From NCBI GenBank assembly GCA_025201805.1, contig MU619321.1, forward strand, positions 1 through 64,000: a stretch of DNA of 64,000 nucleotides. The letters are read 5' to 3'. The notes under the pieces are model-generated. The model was given only the letters and a program-made list of their open reading frames with translations, was not told the DNA's origin and did no database searches. The DNA is from Parasitella parasitica NRRL 2501. Taxonomy: Eukaryota > Fungi > Mucoromycota. Both the position numbers and the translations under genes were made by a program. Below are positions 24,386-37,917 of this stretch, piece by piece (position 1 is the stretch's first letter; the number at the start of each line of letters is the position of its first letter).

Positions 24386-27300
24386 TCAACCCAGAGTGGA
24401 GCGTTTGCCGACGCCTTTATCGCCTTCGCCAGATGGTAATTCTCCTGTTCTGCCAGTTACAAATTCATTGTAAATTAGACTTAATCTATAAGCTTCCTCA
24501 GCAGTGATTGAAGGCCTCGTTGATTTCAAGGATTTCTCTAAATAAGTACGAGTGATCTTGGCCTCATTCCCGTGTTCTGATGGCATGCCTTTATCTTTTA
24601 AATCTGTCGTATCATTTAATGGTAATGATGATGACTTCCCCTTTTTAATCAAGGCCAACTATAAAATATCATTTAGTGTCAGTGTAAATCAGCTTAATCT
24701 CACACTTATACCCGCTGAGAAATGTGCCCTTTCTCTGCCAGTGTTAAGGGTACTTGCTTTTTCGTCTGATTCATCACAAAGTCGCTTTTATCACCGTTCG
24801 CTTTCTTGGTCGACTTGGTGTTCTGGGCTTCCTTGAAGCTATCTATATCAATTGCCCCATGGATAGCCTCAAGATGTGCGTTATACAAAAAGCCCTGGAG
24901 ATCTGCTCCCGAGAATCCTTCGGTTTTCTCGGCATATACTTTTAAATCAACATCTGATGCTAATTGCATCTTGGAAGCAAGCGCCTCGAGAATCTAGCAT
25001 ATGTCAGCGATTGTTATACACGAATTTATTGGTAATACCTCGAGTCTTTCGTCAAACGTTGGCATGCCACATAGCAATGCTTTATCGAGTCGACCGGGTC
25101 GGAGCAAGGCTGGATCAATCAAATCAGGGCGACTATCGTAAATGTAAAGGGAGATTTAATATACTATGCATGTCTCAAACACCATTAAGAATACCTCGTA
25201 GCTGCCAATACGTAGACGCCATCTAAACCCTCTGCACCATCCATCTGTGTCAGCATTTGATTGACGACACGATCTGTTACACCAGTGCTATCGTGTCCTC
25301 TAAAAATCGGGTAAAAAACGAATGTAAGTGTGCTAAACGGGGGAATCATACAGTGAGCTTACCTGCGAGGTGCAATCGAATCAAACTCATCAAAAAACAA
25401 GACGCAGGGCTTGGCTGCTTGTGCTCTTTCAAATAGATCACGCACAGACTTTTCACTAGCACCAATATACTTGTTTAGGATTTCAGGGCCCTTGACACTG
25501 ATAAAATTTAAGCCACATTCTTTGGCTACGGCTGATGCTAGTAGAGTTTTACCGCACCCAGGATAGCCATACAAGAGTAGACTGTACGATACATAAGTCG
25601 AAAAGCAACGCGCCATTTACATGCACTTACCCTGATCGCAATCGAAGTGGACACTGCGCAAACACTGCTGCGTATTTGGTTGGCCATTCCAGTGTCTCTA
25701 ATAGTGCTTTTCTCGTTTCATTGAGGCCTATACAAATGTTGGACAATGACTAAACACGTATGACAAACAAAATTTACCTCCAATGTCTGACCAATTAACA
25801 CCCGAGCTTTGAAGCTTAACACCACGAAGCGAGGCGGGCACAAATCCTTCTCGTGCCTTGGTAAAATCAGCCTGAGTCAACCTTAATTCTTGTTTATCCA
25901 CTGCCTCTTGGTTCTCTCCTTGCTTGATACCATCCAGCTTCTTTTTGATGCTACGGACCGCACCCTCATGCACTGTTCTTTCGATAAAGGCTTTAATATC
26001 CGCAGCCAAAAATCCCTCCGTTTCTGACGCTACTGAAACCAAGTCGATATGGGGTAAGCTTTCAGTCAACACATTGGGTCCATGAGACATAATAGCCTGC
26101 ATAATCTATCGAGGTAGCTTAGCACGATATGCTCGACACGCAGAAAATAGTGCGCATATAATATTACCAGTTTTCGTTCATCACGGTTGGGTGGTTGCAA
26201 ATGCTTCAGCTCACTAAATATATGGTGTGTAATCAGAGCCGGATGCAGCGATTGTTGTTGCTGAGCAGTAGCCATCAACATAATGGGGTGTCTTTGGCAC
26301 GCTGTCTGCGCCATGCTTACAAAAAGTTCGGCTATATGGCGACTGCGGGTAGAATCTGCGTGCTCAACCTCGGCAGGGATCAATCGGTCCAAATCGTCAA
26401 AGAAAACCAGGGAAGGACCATGCCATGCTGCTTCATCAAACCATTTTTGAAGCATTTCCTTGAATACAGGGATTCTTTCGTCGGCAATTTCCGAGCAAGC
26501 AATTTCCATGGTGTAAATAAAAGACGCTCGCACATTACTGAGGACAGTTTTTACAACACTCGTTTTGCCAGATCCATGAGTGCCAGTGACAAGCACGCCA
26601 CCAGATTCAGGTACGCTGAGAGTATCCTTCAAATCACGCTCAGACAGATTCGCCAAAGTATATTCCTCAATCTTCTGTAATACTTTATCAACACCACCCA
26701 ACACAATGTCTGCACTTGTTGTATTCTTCTTGTCGGATACAGCAGGTTGCTTTTGGATATCTTCTCCAAACTCAATGGGAATTTTTTGCTCAATCGTGGC
26801 AATAATGTACTGTTCAGCGTTGTTTGAAGCGCTGCTATTGATACTGCTGAATAAGCCCTTTTTTGCTCCTAGTTGAACAAGGAATTGCTCTGGCTTTTCA
26901 TTTACTATGAGGTTTAGCAGAGTTCCCTGGCTTATTGTAAATTCGCGCCCTTGTTGAGAAAGCCATGCTTGCAAGGCTTTAATAGCTTCGGTTTCAAACG
27001 TCAGCTTTTGTTGAGCCTGTTGCTGAGCACCTTCGAGACCCAACTTGATCGTAGAGGAGGATGCAGCCGTAACAAATCTTCTCAGAATCAAAGAGCCCAC
27101 AGAGTTCTTTGTAATGCCAATGGCAGACACTCTAATGACCAAGTATCAGATACACCAAACCCCACCACCATGCTGTGTATATGTATACTTACTTGACTAT
27201 GTCAAAATCCTTTATATCCAACGTATCCTTCAGTGTAGATCCAACAATAATATGTCTCAACGGAGCATCCTTAGAGACAACTACATTTGCAAACACTGCT

Positions 27301-28305
27301 TTAGCTACTAAAGAATCTTCTGTTTCTTGAGATGGCTGATCTTCGTCCCTTTTTTTTTTGAAATTTGAGATGTATGCAGGCACAAGTTTAGTTAGTCGAA
27401 TTCTGTCACATTTTTCACCCAAGGGGCCCATAGAATCTGGATGTATTTTGACAGAGAGCATATCAACGTTGCCAACTGAGCAGGTACGGAGTCTCACAGA
27501 ATGCTGCACTTTCTTGGGCTGTTGAGGCTGCGATTCAGATGTCTCTTCGGCTGCTGCAGTAGCCTGTCTACGAACTTTAGGTGCGACGATAACTTCAGAC
27601 TGGTTGGTCAACTTGAGGAAGTCTTGCTTGGGATCCATGTCAGCAACAGCTAGCCTAACAAGCGTTTTGCCATGTATCCAGACACACATGATTTGGTTTA
27701 CGTAGACAACCCTGATTTGGCTCAGCAAATTTTCTTCTACATAACCAGCATGTAGTTCCTATAGCACGGTTAATGCCGCAACCAGATTTCTTGTATGATA
27801 CTCACTAAAATCTCCCAGTCGTCCTCTGTCAAAGGCTCGACATGAACAGCGGCGCATTGAAGCACGTTTCTGCAAAATTCCACGTTGACCTAATAAAAGC
27901 TACCTCAATAATTGCTAGATTGCATGAGATAAACCCCGAGTACCTTTTGCCCATCCTGTAATCCAACAGCCATGCCCCACTGTGGATCCATTTCTAAAAC
28001 ATCAAGCTTTCCGTTTGCGCCATGGATAAACACGGAATTGGGCAATAAAGGCTTCGATGCTTCGCCAGACCAACCGCAGTATATCTTTTTGGCTGGTGAT
28101 TTATCCGTTGGATTAGCAGTGGCATCCACTACCTCTAAAATAACATTTTGAGGCAACTGTGGATAATATGCATAAGTCTCTAGCTGCCACTAAACGTGTT
28201 CAAACTTGCCTTTTTTTGATCTACTAAAGCATTCACCCATTTTCCAGGCAAATTAACCAGGCAGGACCTTATGGGTGTGAATTGTACGATAAGTGGTTTG
28301 GGCAT
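24386..28305 (-). CDS. PEX1: Peroxisomal AAA ATPase Pex1, multi-exon
   Basis: N-domain SCLVNLP / YCGWSG / [11 protein letters not shown]; D1 GTHGSGKT; D2 [39 protein letters not shown]. Confidence 0.95.
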
Positions 28306-28639
28306 ATCTTTTGTATTGTATTTGGAGAGAAAAAAAAGTTTGTTTCTTCTATTCGGGGTCCTTTTTGATGTTCGGTTGTTTAAAGCAAGAGAATCTGTTT
28401 AGTCATTTGTAACACATTATGTATATATTTCCAAAGTTTTAAACAAAGAAGGATCATTTTGAAAGCGTCGTGAGAGGGAAATAGATGGCTGAGCCTTTTA
28501 GCAAAACTCTTCAAATTCAATCACCCTTGTAAATCAAAAGAAAGCAATGTGAAGTCTACAACAAATAGAACACTAGAAACTTTTCTAAAAATTCCATAAT
28601 CACAGCCATTAAACGAGCCAAGCATTCCAGAATCGAACA

Positions 28640-30229
28640 TCATGAATTTTTGTAAATGTTGACAATGTTTATAACCCTTCCACAGATTAGGGAACAAGGA
28701 CTTGGCAGTAGTGGTGTCCTAAACAATTATAGACAAGCACACGGCCGTTATCAGAATTAAAACACCCCTCTAAATGTATTGCTGTCTCCCCCAATAACAA
28801 AAAATACCATTCTGCCGCGCTTCTGTTTGAAAGACCACTGATAGCGTAAACCATGATGGACGTAAGCTATATGCACTTTCAATTTCTTTTTTGTCTGAAA
28901 ACTGACCTCTTTCTGTCTGAAGTAAGTATTGTAACTTCACATAAAAATAAAGGCATATCTTTCACACGCAGTGATATTTATAAGCCAAAAACTTTATTTG
29001 TTAAAAGAAAAGATTTGCTGTACTATCAAAGAATAAAACGACTTCCAATGCATAAATGCATCAATCTATAATTCACCCATGTCTGCAATGTAGGCATTTC
29101 ATATCTCATCTAATACAAGTCCTTCAGCTTTTGAGTATGCTTGAATCTCGAAACAAAGAGATTGGTATCGAGGATTTTCTTGTTGAGCTGTCTAATGAAC
29201 AAATATAGGATTGCGTTTAACTAGAAGCTAGACCAAGAATACCATCATTCAATTCACATTTGAACAATTTAGTCGACCAAATAGCTTGTATACTATAATT
29301 TTTTTTATTGTTGTTGATAATATACCGACCATATTCAATCAGAAGGTCGATTTAATCCCTGCTGATTTATGAGTTATCCGTATTGATATAGACCTATATA
29401 TCCATTGCACATCATGGGTCTTTCAGGGTGTGGGAGATGGTTAGTGCTACATGTTTGTTGTTGTCTGCTTGATACGAGCTCGTTTATTCTTAATGTCTCT
29501 AGGGAATACGAGTTTCCCAGTCGAAGACAGGGCATCTGCAATGTCGCGATTCGAGGCGTTGGTTTCGTACATGACATTGAAAATGTTTGTCTGCACTTCA
29601 TCAAACTGCCGATTTTCTGGAAGGCTGTAAATATCAATGCCCTTTTTCGGTTCACATGAATGTTCATACTTTGATGGCTTCACCATCCACTGTGCATCTT
29701 TCTCTGTAATGCGGATTGCGTATTTGCAATTCACCTTGGCTGATTTTGCGTCTCTGGGGTTATTAAGGCTCTTCTTCTTACTAGGTCGAAAGACGCCACC
29801 AAATTTGCATTCGAGTAAAAGAAACATTTTGCCTTTCTCTTGCTTAAGCTGCGAAGATCTCTTGACCAAGAAATGGCCTCTGTCCTTGTTTAACTGTCTA
29901 AAATGCGCCTCAGCTTCCTCCAGTGTCTCAAAGTAAAGTTTTTCTTGAGGAGATGGCCGTTGATGATGCTGTTCTTGTGGAAGTAATTGCAATTGATGTG
30001 GTAATTGCTGTGGTTGCTGTATTTGTTGTATGTGCTGTGGCTGCTGTGGCTGCTGTGCTTGTTGTGCTTGTTGTGCTTGTTGTGCTTGTTGTGCCTGCTG
30101 TTGCTCGTGCAGTTGCTGCTGGAATTGCTGTTGATGTAAAATAGGTGCAACAAAGCAGAGATTACTCTCTTGAATTTTAACTTCATCCATTTTGATCATT
30201 TTCTGTTGCTTACATGTTAAGAAATGCAC
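28640..30229 (-). mobile_element. Degraded Mutator-like (MULE) transposase with intact FAR1/WRKY-GCM1-type DNA-binding ORF (29447-30229)
   Basis: ECKFGG...SAKVNCKYAIRI...W......EHSC motif followed by an HTH-like segment; downstream broken remnants VLFFDST, DMPLF and AKSLFP...HCQHL resemble the MULE DDE core. Confidence 0.65.
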
Positions 30230-30720
30230 TCGTTCTTCATCTATCTATGCGTTTACCTTTTGTAACCAAGAAAGTGTATGAGCGAATGTTAAAACAAAGA
30301 AAGAATCGGGGTTGTGGCTCGGTGCACATTTTTTTATTGCTTTTTATGTTTATTTCCACATTATTTGGGTCACAGTTACAACGGAGTGCATAAACAGAGA
30401 CGGCTGCTTACTTGTCAGAAACATGAGAAAACGCAATATAGTTCCATTTGAGTTATGCTTGATATAAAGATATTCATTTTTCCATAACTCTACAGAATTA
30501 TTTGATGTACAACAATACCTTATTCTCACATCCGTGTCTTACATCGGCTGCTTCACGGTTCTTTTGAAAGTAGAGCAAGTTGAGGTCGATCTAATCTCAT
30601 TTAGCTTTTTCCTTTATTTCTCAAGCGGGGCTAAGCTTGCTAAACTACTTCTCTGTCGCTTTTTTGGTCCTTTGATTTCTAATACTAACACCCTACCTCC
30701 CTGAAGGTAGTGAACATTCG

Positions 30721-30873
30721 CATAGATGGTTTCCTGTACAAGACATCCCACTTTTACTTCTATTTAATATAGAAGAACGGTGACATTTAACCTTAGATCC
30801 GGTCAGGAACAGTTGCCATGACAACTGAGTTGAAATGATTGTAACCATTGTTCTTCTATGAATACAATAAATT
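30721..30873 (+). repeat. Dispersed repeat, copy A (X-box-containing unit)
   Basis: CGGTGACATTTAAC...ATCCG..CAGGAACAGTTGCCATGACAAC...GTAACCATT is shared with 34377-34500 (-) and 37191-37427 (two copies). Confidence 0.8.
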
Positions 30874-31793
30874 CAACGACATTTCGGAAATGGGATGAAT
30901 TTGCGGGTTGTACTTGATCTAAATTACGAAGCTAAACTTATCGATAAAACGACTACGACTGTGTTATAATCTTGGTTGACAACCAAATGTCAAACATGAT
31001 CTGACTGTATTCACAGATTAATCCATATAAATTTATTCTATATAAATAGACGACTTCTTGTCAAAAAATTATTAGTGTTTGTATCTGTACAGTCTTTATT
31101 ACTTTCAAGTTTATATTATCATATCCAACCGTCTGCTGTGCCCATGTTAAGACCTAACACAACGAAATTTTAGGATTTATATTCTTGAACAGTACTGTAT
31201 TGCTAGAATTTTTTTCGCTGTGTTATAATAAAATGATTGATGAAATTATAAGCTTAATATTAATGAGCTAGATGTATCGTTTTTATGGCTGTAAATCAGC
31301 TTGATAACTTTATTTCCTCAAGTTTTGTGCTGTCTAAAAAGGAATGTAAAAATCAAATCTACAAGTAGTTTGTAAATGTCTAAATCTCAAGGCTAATCTA
31401 TCTTTATAAAGGATCCGACTTAATTCAGCGCACAGCAACCGAACTTACGCCATTATAACCAAGTCAATCAATAGTTGGCTTGTACACTATCAAGTAATTG
31501 CTCGTGTGGGTGGCTTATATAGCTAAGTCTGTCATTGCATTTACGTTAAACATCTTGCAATATTTAGCTTTGAGTCGAGCAAATGTACGATGCCAAACAA
31601 AATATATTCGTCTCTTTGGTTAAGCAAACCATCATCATGGCTCTTAATGACCTTCTATTCATGTCAAGTTTACATTTACATTGCAACGTTCGGAGTGACG
31701 TAAACCAGATCTTTCCGCACGCGCAGCAGCAATTTTCTTTCTTTGAAATACAATTTTTTTCCAACTCTTTCTCTCTTTTCATACACATCTATT

Positions 31794-32976
31794 ATGTCGG
31801 ATAACGAGAAAGAACCTGTCAAGGATCAATTTGACGATGAAGAGGTAACTTGACAGTGCAATTTGCAATTATCAATTCAAGAAAATTAAGCATTTCAATA
31901 CAAAAAAGGTCGACTTTTCGAAATTGAAAAAAAAGAAGAAATCAAAGAAGAAGGTTGATTTTGAAGCAGATGTCGAAACTGCTGATGCGCCTGCTCAAGA
32001 AGAAGAGCAAGTAGCTGCTCATACTGAGCAAAACGGTAAACATTTTTTATGAGTGTACATACGCGTGGAGAAACCAACAATAGCTATTTTATTAGAACAA
32101 GCTGAAGAGGATCCTGAGGCCATGTTTGCTGACTTGAAAAAGAAAAAGAAAAAGAAGACCAAGCCTGTCGAGGAGGTAAATCATTAAATGCTATATGTAA
32201 TTCACTGCTAAATATGGCACTAGGATGCTCCTGAGGGCGACGCTTCTCCTGCTGCCAATGACGAGGATATGGACTTTGGAGGTTTGAAGAAAAAGAAGAA
32301 GAAGAAGAAATCCATGGCCCAATTCGAAGCGGATTTGGCAGACGAAAATGCTGATGACGATGACGCCACTGAAGAGAAGGCTATCGGGAAAGAAGCTGGT
32401 GAGGAGGCATGGCTAAAGAGTGACAGAGATTACTCTTACGATGAGGTAAACTAGGTTTTCCATGTGATGGCAGGTTTATATTGACTCTTTCCTTTTTTGT
32501 GTTGTTTTGTTTAATAGCTTCTCGATCGTGTATTCAACATTTTGAAGCAAAACAACCCTGAGTTGGCTGGAGAAAAGAAGAAATATACTATAGTTCCTCC
32601 TTCTATTCAACGTGAAGGTAACAAAAAGACTAGCTTCGCCAATGTTACCGATATTAGTAAGCGTCTTCATCGCCCCGCTGAACATGTCATTCAATTTTTA
32701 TTTGCTGAATTGGGTACAACTGGCTCTATTGATGGCGGCCAACGTTTGATCATTAAGGGTCGCTTCCAACAAAAACAAATTGAAAACGTTTTGCGACGTT
32801 ACATTACCGAATATGTTGCATGCAAGACTTGTAAATCACCCAACACTATCATGACCAAAGATAACAGATTGTATTTTGTTACTTGTGAACATTGTGGCTC
32901 TACTCGTTCTGTATCTGCCATCAAGACAGGTTTCAAGGCACAAACTAAAGAAGATAGACGTGCACTCAGAGCTTAA
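31794..32976 (+). CDS. SUI3: Translation initiation factor eIF2 beta
   Basis: Three poly-Lys boxes; [14 protein letters not shown]; [12 protein letters not shown]...CEHCGS zinc ribbon. Confidence 0.97.
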
Positions 32977-33040
32977 AAAAAAGATGATTTTGCTTTGTAT
33001 TTGTTAAATAATAAAATAATGAAAAAATAAGAAAAGCTTG

Positions 33041-33719
33041 TTATTTCTTCACAAGATCCTGTTGACTGAGAGATTTCTTTGGCTTCCATGATTCACCATC
33101 ACCGTCATTGTCAATTAAAGCTTGTCTTGCTTTTGTTTTCTTTTTCTTTTTCACTATTTTTGGTATTGTAGACGACGAAGAGGTTGTGCTTGGGATAACT
33201 GGATTTGCAGAAGCTGGCGATGGTATAAAAGTGGCGGTGGATATACTGGTCTTTGCAGCAATTGTTTGATCTTTCTCTCTTTCCAATCTACGAATTTCAT
33301 CGATTTCTGATAAATATGTCGTTTTTAGTTCTTGGAGCTTGGTTGCTCTGTCCTTGAGTTGTTTCGATCTTCCTGTAAGCATCGACATTGTTGCTTTTAG
33401 TGATAATAACTTGGTGTTGTATAATGTTACTTTATCCATCTAGTAGAATATATACATAAACAGCTTTGTTATTTTTGGTGAATACTCGCATACTAACATT
33501 AGATCTAATTTCATTCAATTCCTCCTCTGACATGGCACTTGCTTGCGCCTTTGATATAACCTCTAGAAGGTTATTCTGAGCTTGACTATTGTCGTTATAA
33601 ACGCTTAATAACTATATGCATACATACAATGTTCTCAAGTAAGCATACTTTATTTCCTGTAAGTCATTTTCCAACGTTGAGATGGTCGATATAATGTGTC
33701 TGGTAGTTTGACTCGTCAT
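33041..33719 (-). CDS. Snapin/Pallidin (BLOC-1 subunit 6-like) coiled-coil protein, 2 introns
   Basis: YNTKLLSLKATMSMLTGRSKQLKDRATKLQ resembles the pallidin C-terminal helix; GT-AG exons join in frame. Confidence 0.6.
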
Positions 33720-34376
33720 GATGGAAAAAGGAAAACGAGTTTTAAAAAATTAATAGAGTTCTTCAGAGACCTTGATTGAAGATCCGTTCCTCCCAAACAG
33801 ATTTTTTAGATAGTACCTGATGAGCAATGTACTAGCTAAATTCCTGGGAGGATAAGCATTGTCATAATATAATTTATTGTTCATTAGGTATGGCATTTCG
33901 TTATTGAGCAAATTCTTCTCGTGATATTGCACATTTAAGCATGTATGATAGGTAGGTAATTTATTTTTCGAAAGCAAGGCATTTAATTTTCAATGATGAT
34001 GAGACTTCCGATAAATTCGATGATTCGTCGAAAGTTATTTAATTGTTGACAACAAGCTGCACCTCAAAAGTTGGCATAGTTTGAGGAAAGTCTTTTGATC
34101 AGGAGTAGTTTCCTTCATCACACGATATTGGTAAGGTATTTTTTTTTAAATGTTTATGAATGACATTTGATATAACTTAAGTGAGATAGGAATTGAATAA
34201 ACCAGATAATACTAGTTGTTTCATTATTAATCACATAATTAAAAAACTGTGAATTTACAAGTCAATTTTTCTTATCTGTATCAAAAAATTTAAAATGGAT
34301 TACATGAGTTTAAACAAAACAAGTTGTGAACAATAATGAGTATTGACAGCGTAGGCAAAAGCAATTAACTTGGGGT

Positions 34377-34500
34377 AGGAGAAGGTTGCAATGGTTGCCA
34401 TCATTTCAAATCAGTTGTCATGAGAACTGTTCCTGATCGGATCTAAGGTATAATGTCGCCGGTTATTCTATATGTCTGTCTTGTATAAGAAATCATTTAT
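34377..34500 (-). repeat. Dispersed repeat, copy B (inverted)
   Basis: Reverse-complement similarity to 30721-30860. Confidence 0.8.
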
Positions 34501-34784
34501 TTAAACTAAATAACAAAGCTATCAAATCATCAAACCGCATATACTAATAAGGCATTTAGTTGTATGTATCCGTCAAACTGTGCATTTACACAATGGCAGT
34601 TTATTCTTGAATGTAAGTTTAAACCAACCATTTCATTCTGTTTTCTCCTTTAATTATATGTCTTTTCGAAGATCATAGCATATTCAAGTAAATAACAACC
34701 TTTACTTTTAAAAACTTCGCGTTTTCGTTTTATGTTACATTTGTTGAGCCTAGTCAGCATATCCAATATCAAAGAAAGAATATA

Positions 34785-34880
34785 CAGTCGGAACTCGTTA
34801 TAACGGATGGGTTGGTGTACAAAAATGTGTTTGGTACAGCGAGTTATCCTCTATTCAGAATTTGATACTCTACAGTACAG
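34785..34880. mobile_element. Possible pogo/Tigger-type terminal inverted repeat remnant
   Basis: TA|CAGTCGGAACTCGTTATAACG resembles pogo-family ends; no partner end found. Confidence 0.35.
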
Positions 34881-37190
34881 TGTCTGGAACCTGAAATCTA
34901 CCAGAAGCTTATTATGAAGTTTAACTTTTGTAGTAAAATTACCCTCAACCTCAATCTTAGCCTCTACTTTACTTTCTATTTCACATGCTTGGGATTAGAA
35001 TCACAAAAAAAGGAACTCTTGAGCTGACATTAAGCATTGTAATAAGCATCAATGGTAAAAGGACTTCTCTGTCTCTAGTAATAAAGAACTTGCGAATTAT
35101 TCGCAAATAACAAGGGGTTATTGCAACGAAACATTGTAGTCATTAATTATCCTCTTCTGCTTCTCATTCGATGGGCCACACCTGTTTCATCATAGTAGTA
35201 TGAATAAAGGTATATTTGTGGTATCAAAATATTTACTTTATAGGGCTGTGTTATGTACTAGAGTTAATATTGACGTGATATCATCTCCAGATAGATATTT
35301 TTTACAGCTTAAAAGCAAGAATTTTAGCTTCATTAGCCATTTTTTGATTAATTTTCATAACCAAAAGTGCCCTGAAAACACGAAAAATAGTATCCATTGA
35401 TAAAAGACTATATTTTAGATGATTTTGGTGCAATTTGAGCAAGATTTTTTTTTCGATGAAAAATGACGGATTTTTTCAATTTTTTCCTTGTATCCACACA
35501 TCCAAAATCATCGAAAATGCATTATTCTTGATTTTGACTCCAAAAATGCAACTTTTTACTATAGCATATATTGGAGGAAAATGATCGTAAAAGACCATTC
35601 CTTGATCTGAAAGACTGGAAATGCGCTCTGATTAAGCAAAAAATTGACCTTTCCCTCTTAATCTGTTTTTGAGTTTTTCTGGCAGAATTTCTTTCATAAG
35701 CATACGGGGATTATGAAATGATATCAGTGTGTAGAGCGCCCAAAAATACAGCTATTTTCATAGACTGACAGCCGTGATATGCATAGTATCAGAGGATGAT
35801 GTCTTGCCTCAAAAGAGTAATTTTGTTTTCGGATTGTCCAAATGGAGTTTTTGAAAGAATATTTTCTTCCTGATTTTGGACGCATTTAATCTCCGCTATC
35901 AAAGAAAAAGTTTCGAAAAAAGCATTGGCTTTGAGAAGCCATAGCTTACCCAATTCAAGAGTAAAACTATTGAAACCTAATATATTTAAATTTTGTGTTT
36001 CTTGTCTTTCCAATGGTAATACTTTTATATCTGTAACTAACCTGACGATCTCACGCTCCGATTCTGAAAATACTTTCTTGAAAAAGTCAGAAAAGTCGCT
36101 ACCTTCATCTGATGTCAACTTAAAAAGTACAAAAACCTGCTCTAAACTATGCAAATGTGTAATCAAAAGGTGTCTTATAGTTTAATTTATTACTTTAAAT
36201 TACTTTATTTTATGCTTGAAATCGCTAAACATCGTTTTCTTGCAGTTTTTGTCCTTTTTCTGATAATAACACACTGAAGTTCTCGTAGACCTAAAAAAAA
36301 AAACAAGGTGCCTAAAATCTACACTGGCTTCGCAAAGTCATTCACTTTTGAACAATTCCAATTTTATAGAAAATATGGCACATGCTTGACTAGCTGTTGT
36401 ACCGTGTAACTGAATATGGGGAGCCCTTGCTTGGTACTTGTCTGACAAGACCTTCTACACTAGAAGATGTCAGATCAACTGAAGGTATAAGAAAATGCCA
36501 GAGAAAAAGAAACAATCTGCCATCAGCATAACACACCCATTTATAAAAGAAACTCATCTGTATAAAAATTTATGAAATCCCAAGGGCATAAATGTGTTTA
36601 TCTTCAACCTTGCTCTCCGTTTTTGAATTCAATCAAAGGTTTTTGATCCAAAGTCAACAGATACGCTTACACCCAGAATCACAGATGTCTGTCAATAGAC
36701 AACTGTAACCTTTCTTAAAAACTGCCTTGAACCTCAAGATATGATATGAATGGCTTACTTTACAGCACATTCTCTTTGTATTTTTACTATGAATAAAACA
36801 AAGCAATTACTCTTTTTCTCTAAATGGAAATTCCTATTTAAAATCTTTTTAGGGAGGCATTTCTCTTCTCTCAGAAACTAAGGTCTTATTAGAAATAAAA
36901 GGCTTGTCACCAGAAATCCTAATATTTATTATGACAATCACCATGATCTCTATCATTTACGTGAGAATTTTTTTTTAGAAACGATTAAGAGTCTGTAGTC
37001 GCATGTTATCAAGTATGTTCCCAGGACTCAACTGGTTAAATAAAAAGTTATTGAGCTACGAGTTAGCTTACGGAGGTCAATGTTGATACGGATCTCCATC
37101 ACGAAAAATTTGCTTAATAGATAATTTGAAGAATAGAAAAGCAAAAAATGTCCCAACCTGATTGTTGAAGAGGTTTCTTTTATATACCGT

Positions 37191-37427
37191 AATTATCGGT
37201 GACATTTAACAATAAATCCGACAAGGAACAATTGCCATGGCAACTGTGTCAAAGTGATAGTAGTCATTGTAAGCTTTGGGTACAACAATTTCATGTTTAA
37301 AGATATTATTGTTTACTAAATAGAATCACCGGCGATATTTAACAATAAATCCGATTCAGGAACAGTTGCTATGACAACAAAGTCAAAATAATGGTAACCA
37401 TTACATTCTATGAATATAACAAATATT
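37191..37427 (+). repeat. Dispersed repeat, copies C and D in tandem (period about 133 bp)
   Basis: Two diverged copies of the unit at 30770-30873. Confidence 0.8.
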
Positions 37428-37917
37428 GCTGAAGTTCAGTTATTTGCTAGAAATTCTGTTGTGTTTTTCCATGCAGAATGTAAAGTCAATCGAGAAGAAC
37501 TTACAAGGATGCGATATGAATCCACCGAATGTTGCCTATCCAAGCGAGTCATCCGACCCTTATTCAATCCAAGCATTGTATCACTGTACTAAGTATAATT
37601 CTTTGGCTTATTTAATTTTCATTTGATGTATATTTCAATACAATAAAAAGGAGCTTGCAGTCATTGTATTAAATTCACAACTTTTTCAAATGTATCTGTG
37701 CAATAGCAAAAGAAGCGTCTGGTTTATTATCGATATAGATACAAAGTAATATGTATCTTTTATGATTTACCCTTCTATTTAATTGACATCTTGGTTTAGA
37801 ATTGACACTACATTGAAAATTCATTGGTAGCATAAAGCTTCAAATTAAATTAAAAAAGAATTTGACAAGGTAGGTATTATCAAAAAAATGTAGTACTCAT
37901 TTTGAATGTTTTTACGA

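Noticed and set aside
29181-29450. TG...CA segment ending the MULE ORF as a possible solo LTR
   Set aside because: Flanks AAACA and AGAAA do not form a TSD and there is no second copy in the window.
33750-36900. Short ORFs (33750-33977, 35789-36166) in AT-rich degraded DNA
   Set aside because: Probably TE remnants, but no motif could be identified.
37191-37427. CRISPR-like repeat array
   Set aside because: Eukaryotic context, only two diverged tandem units and no repeat-spacer structure.
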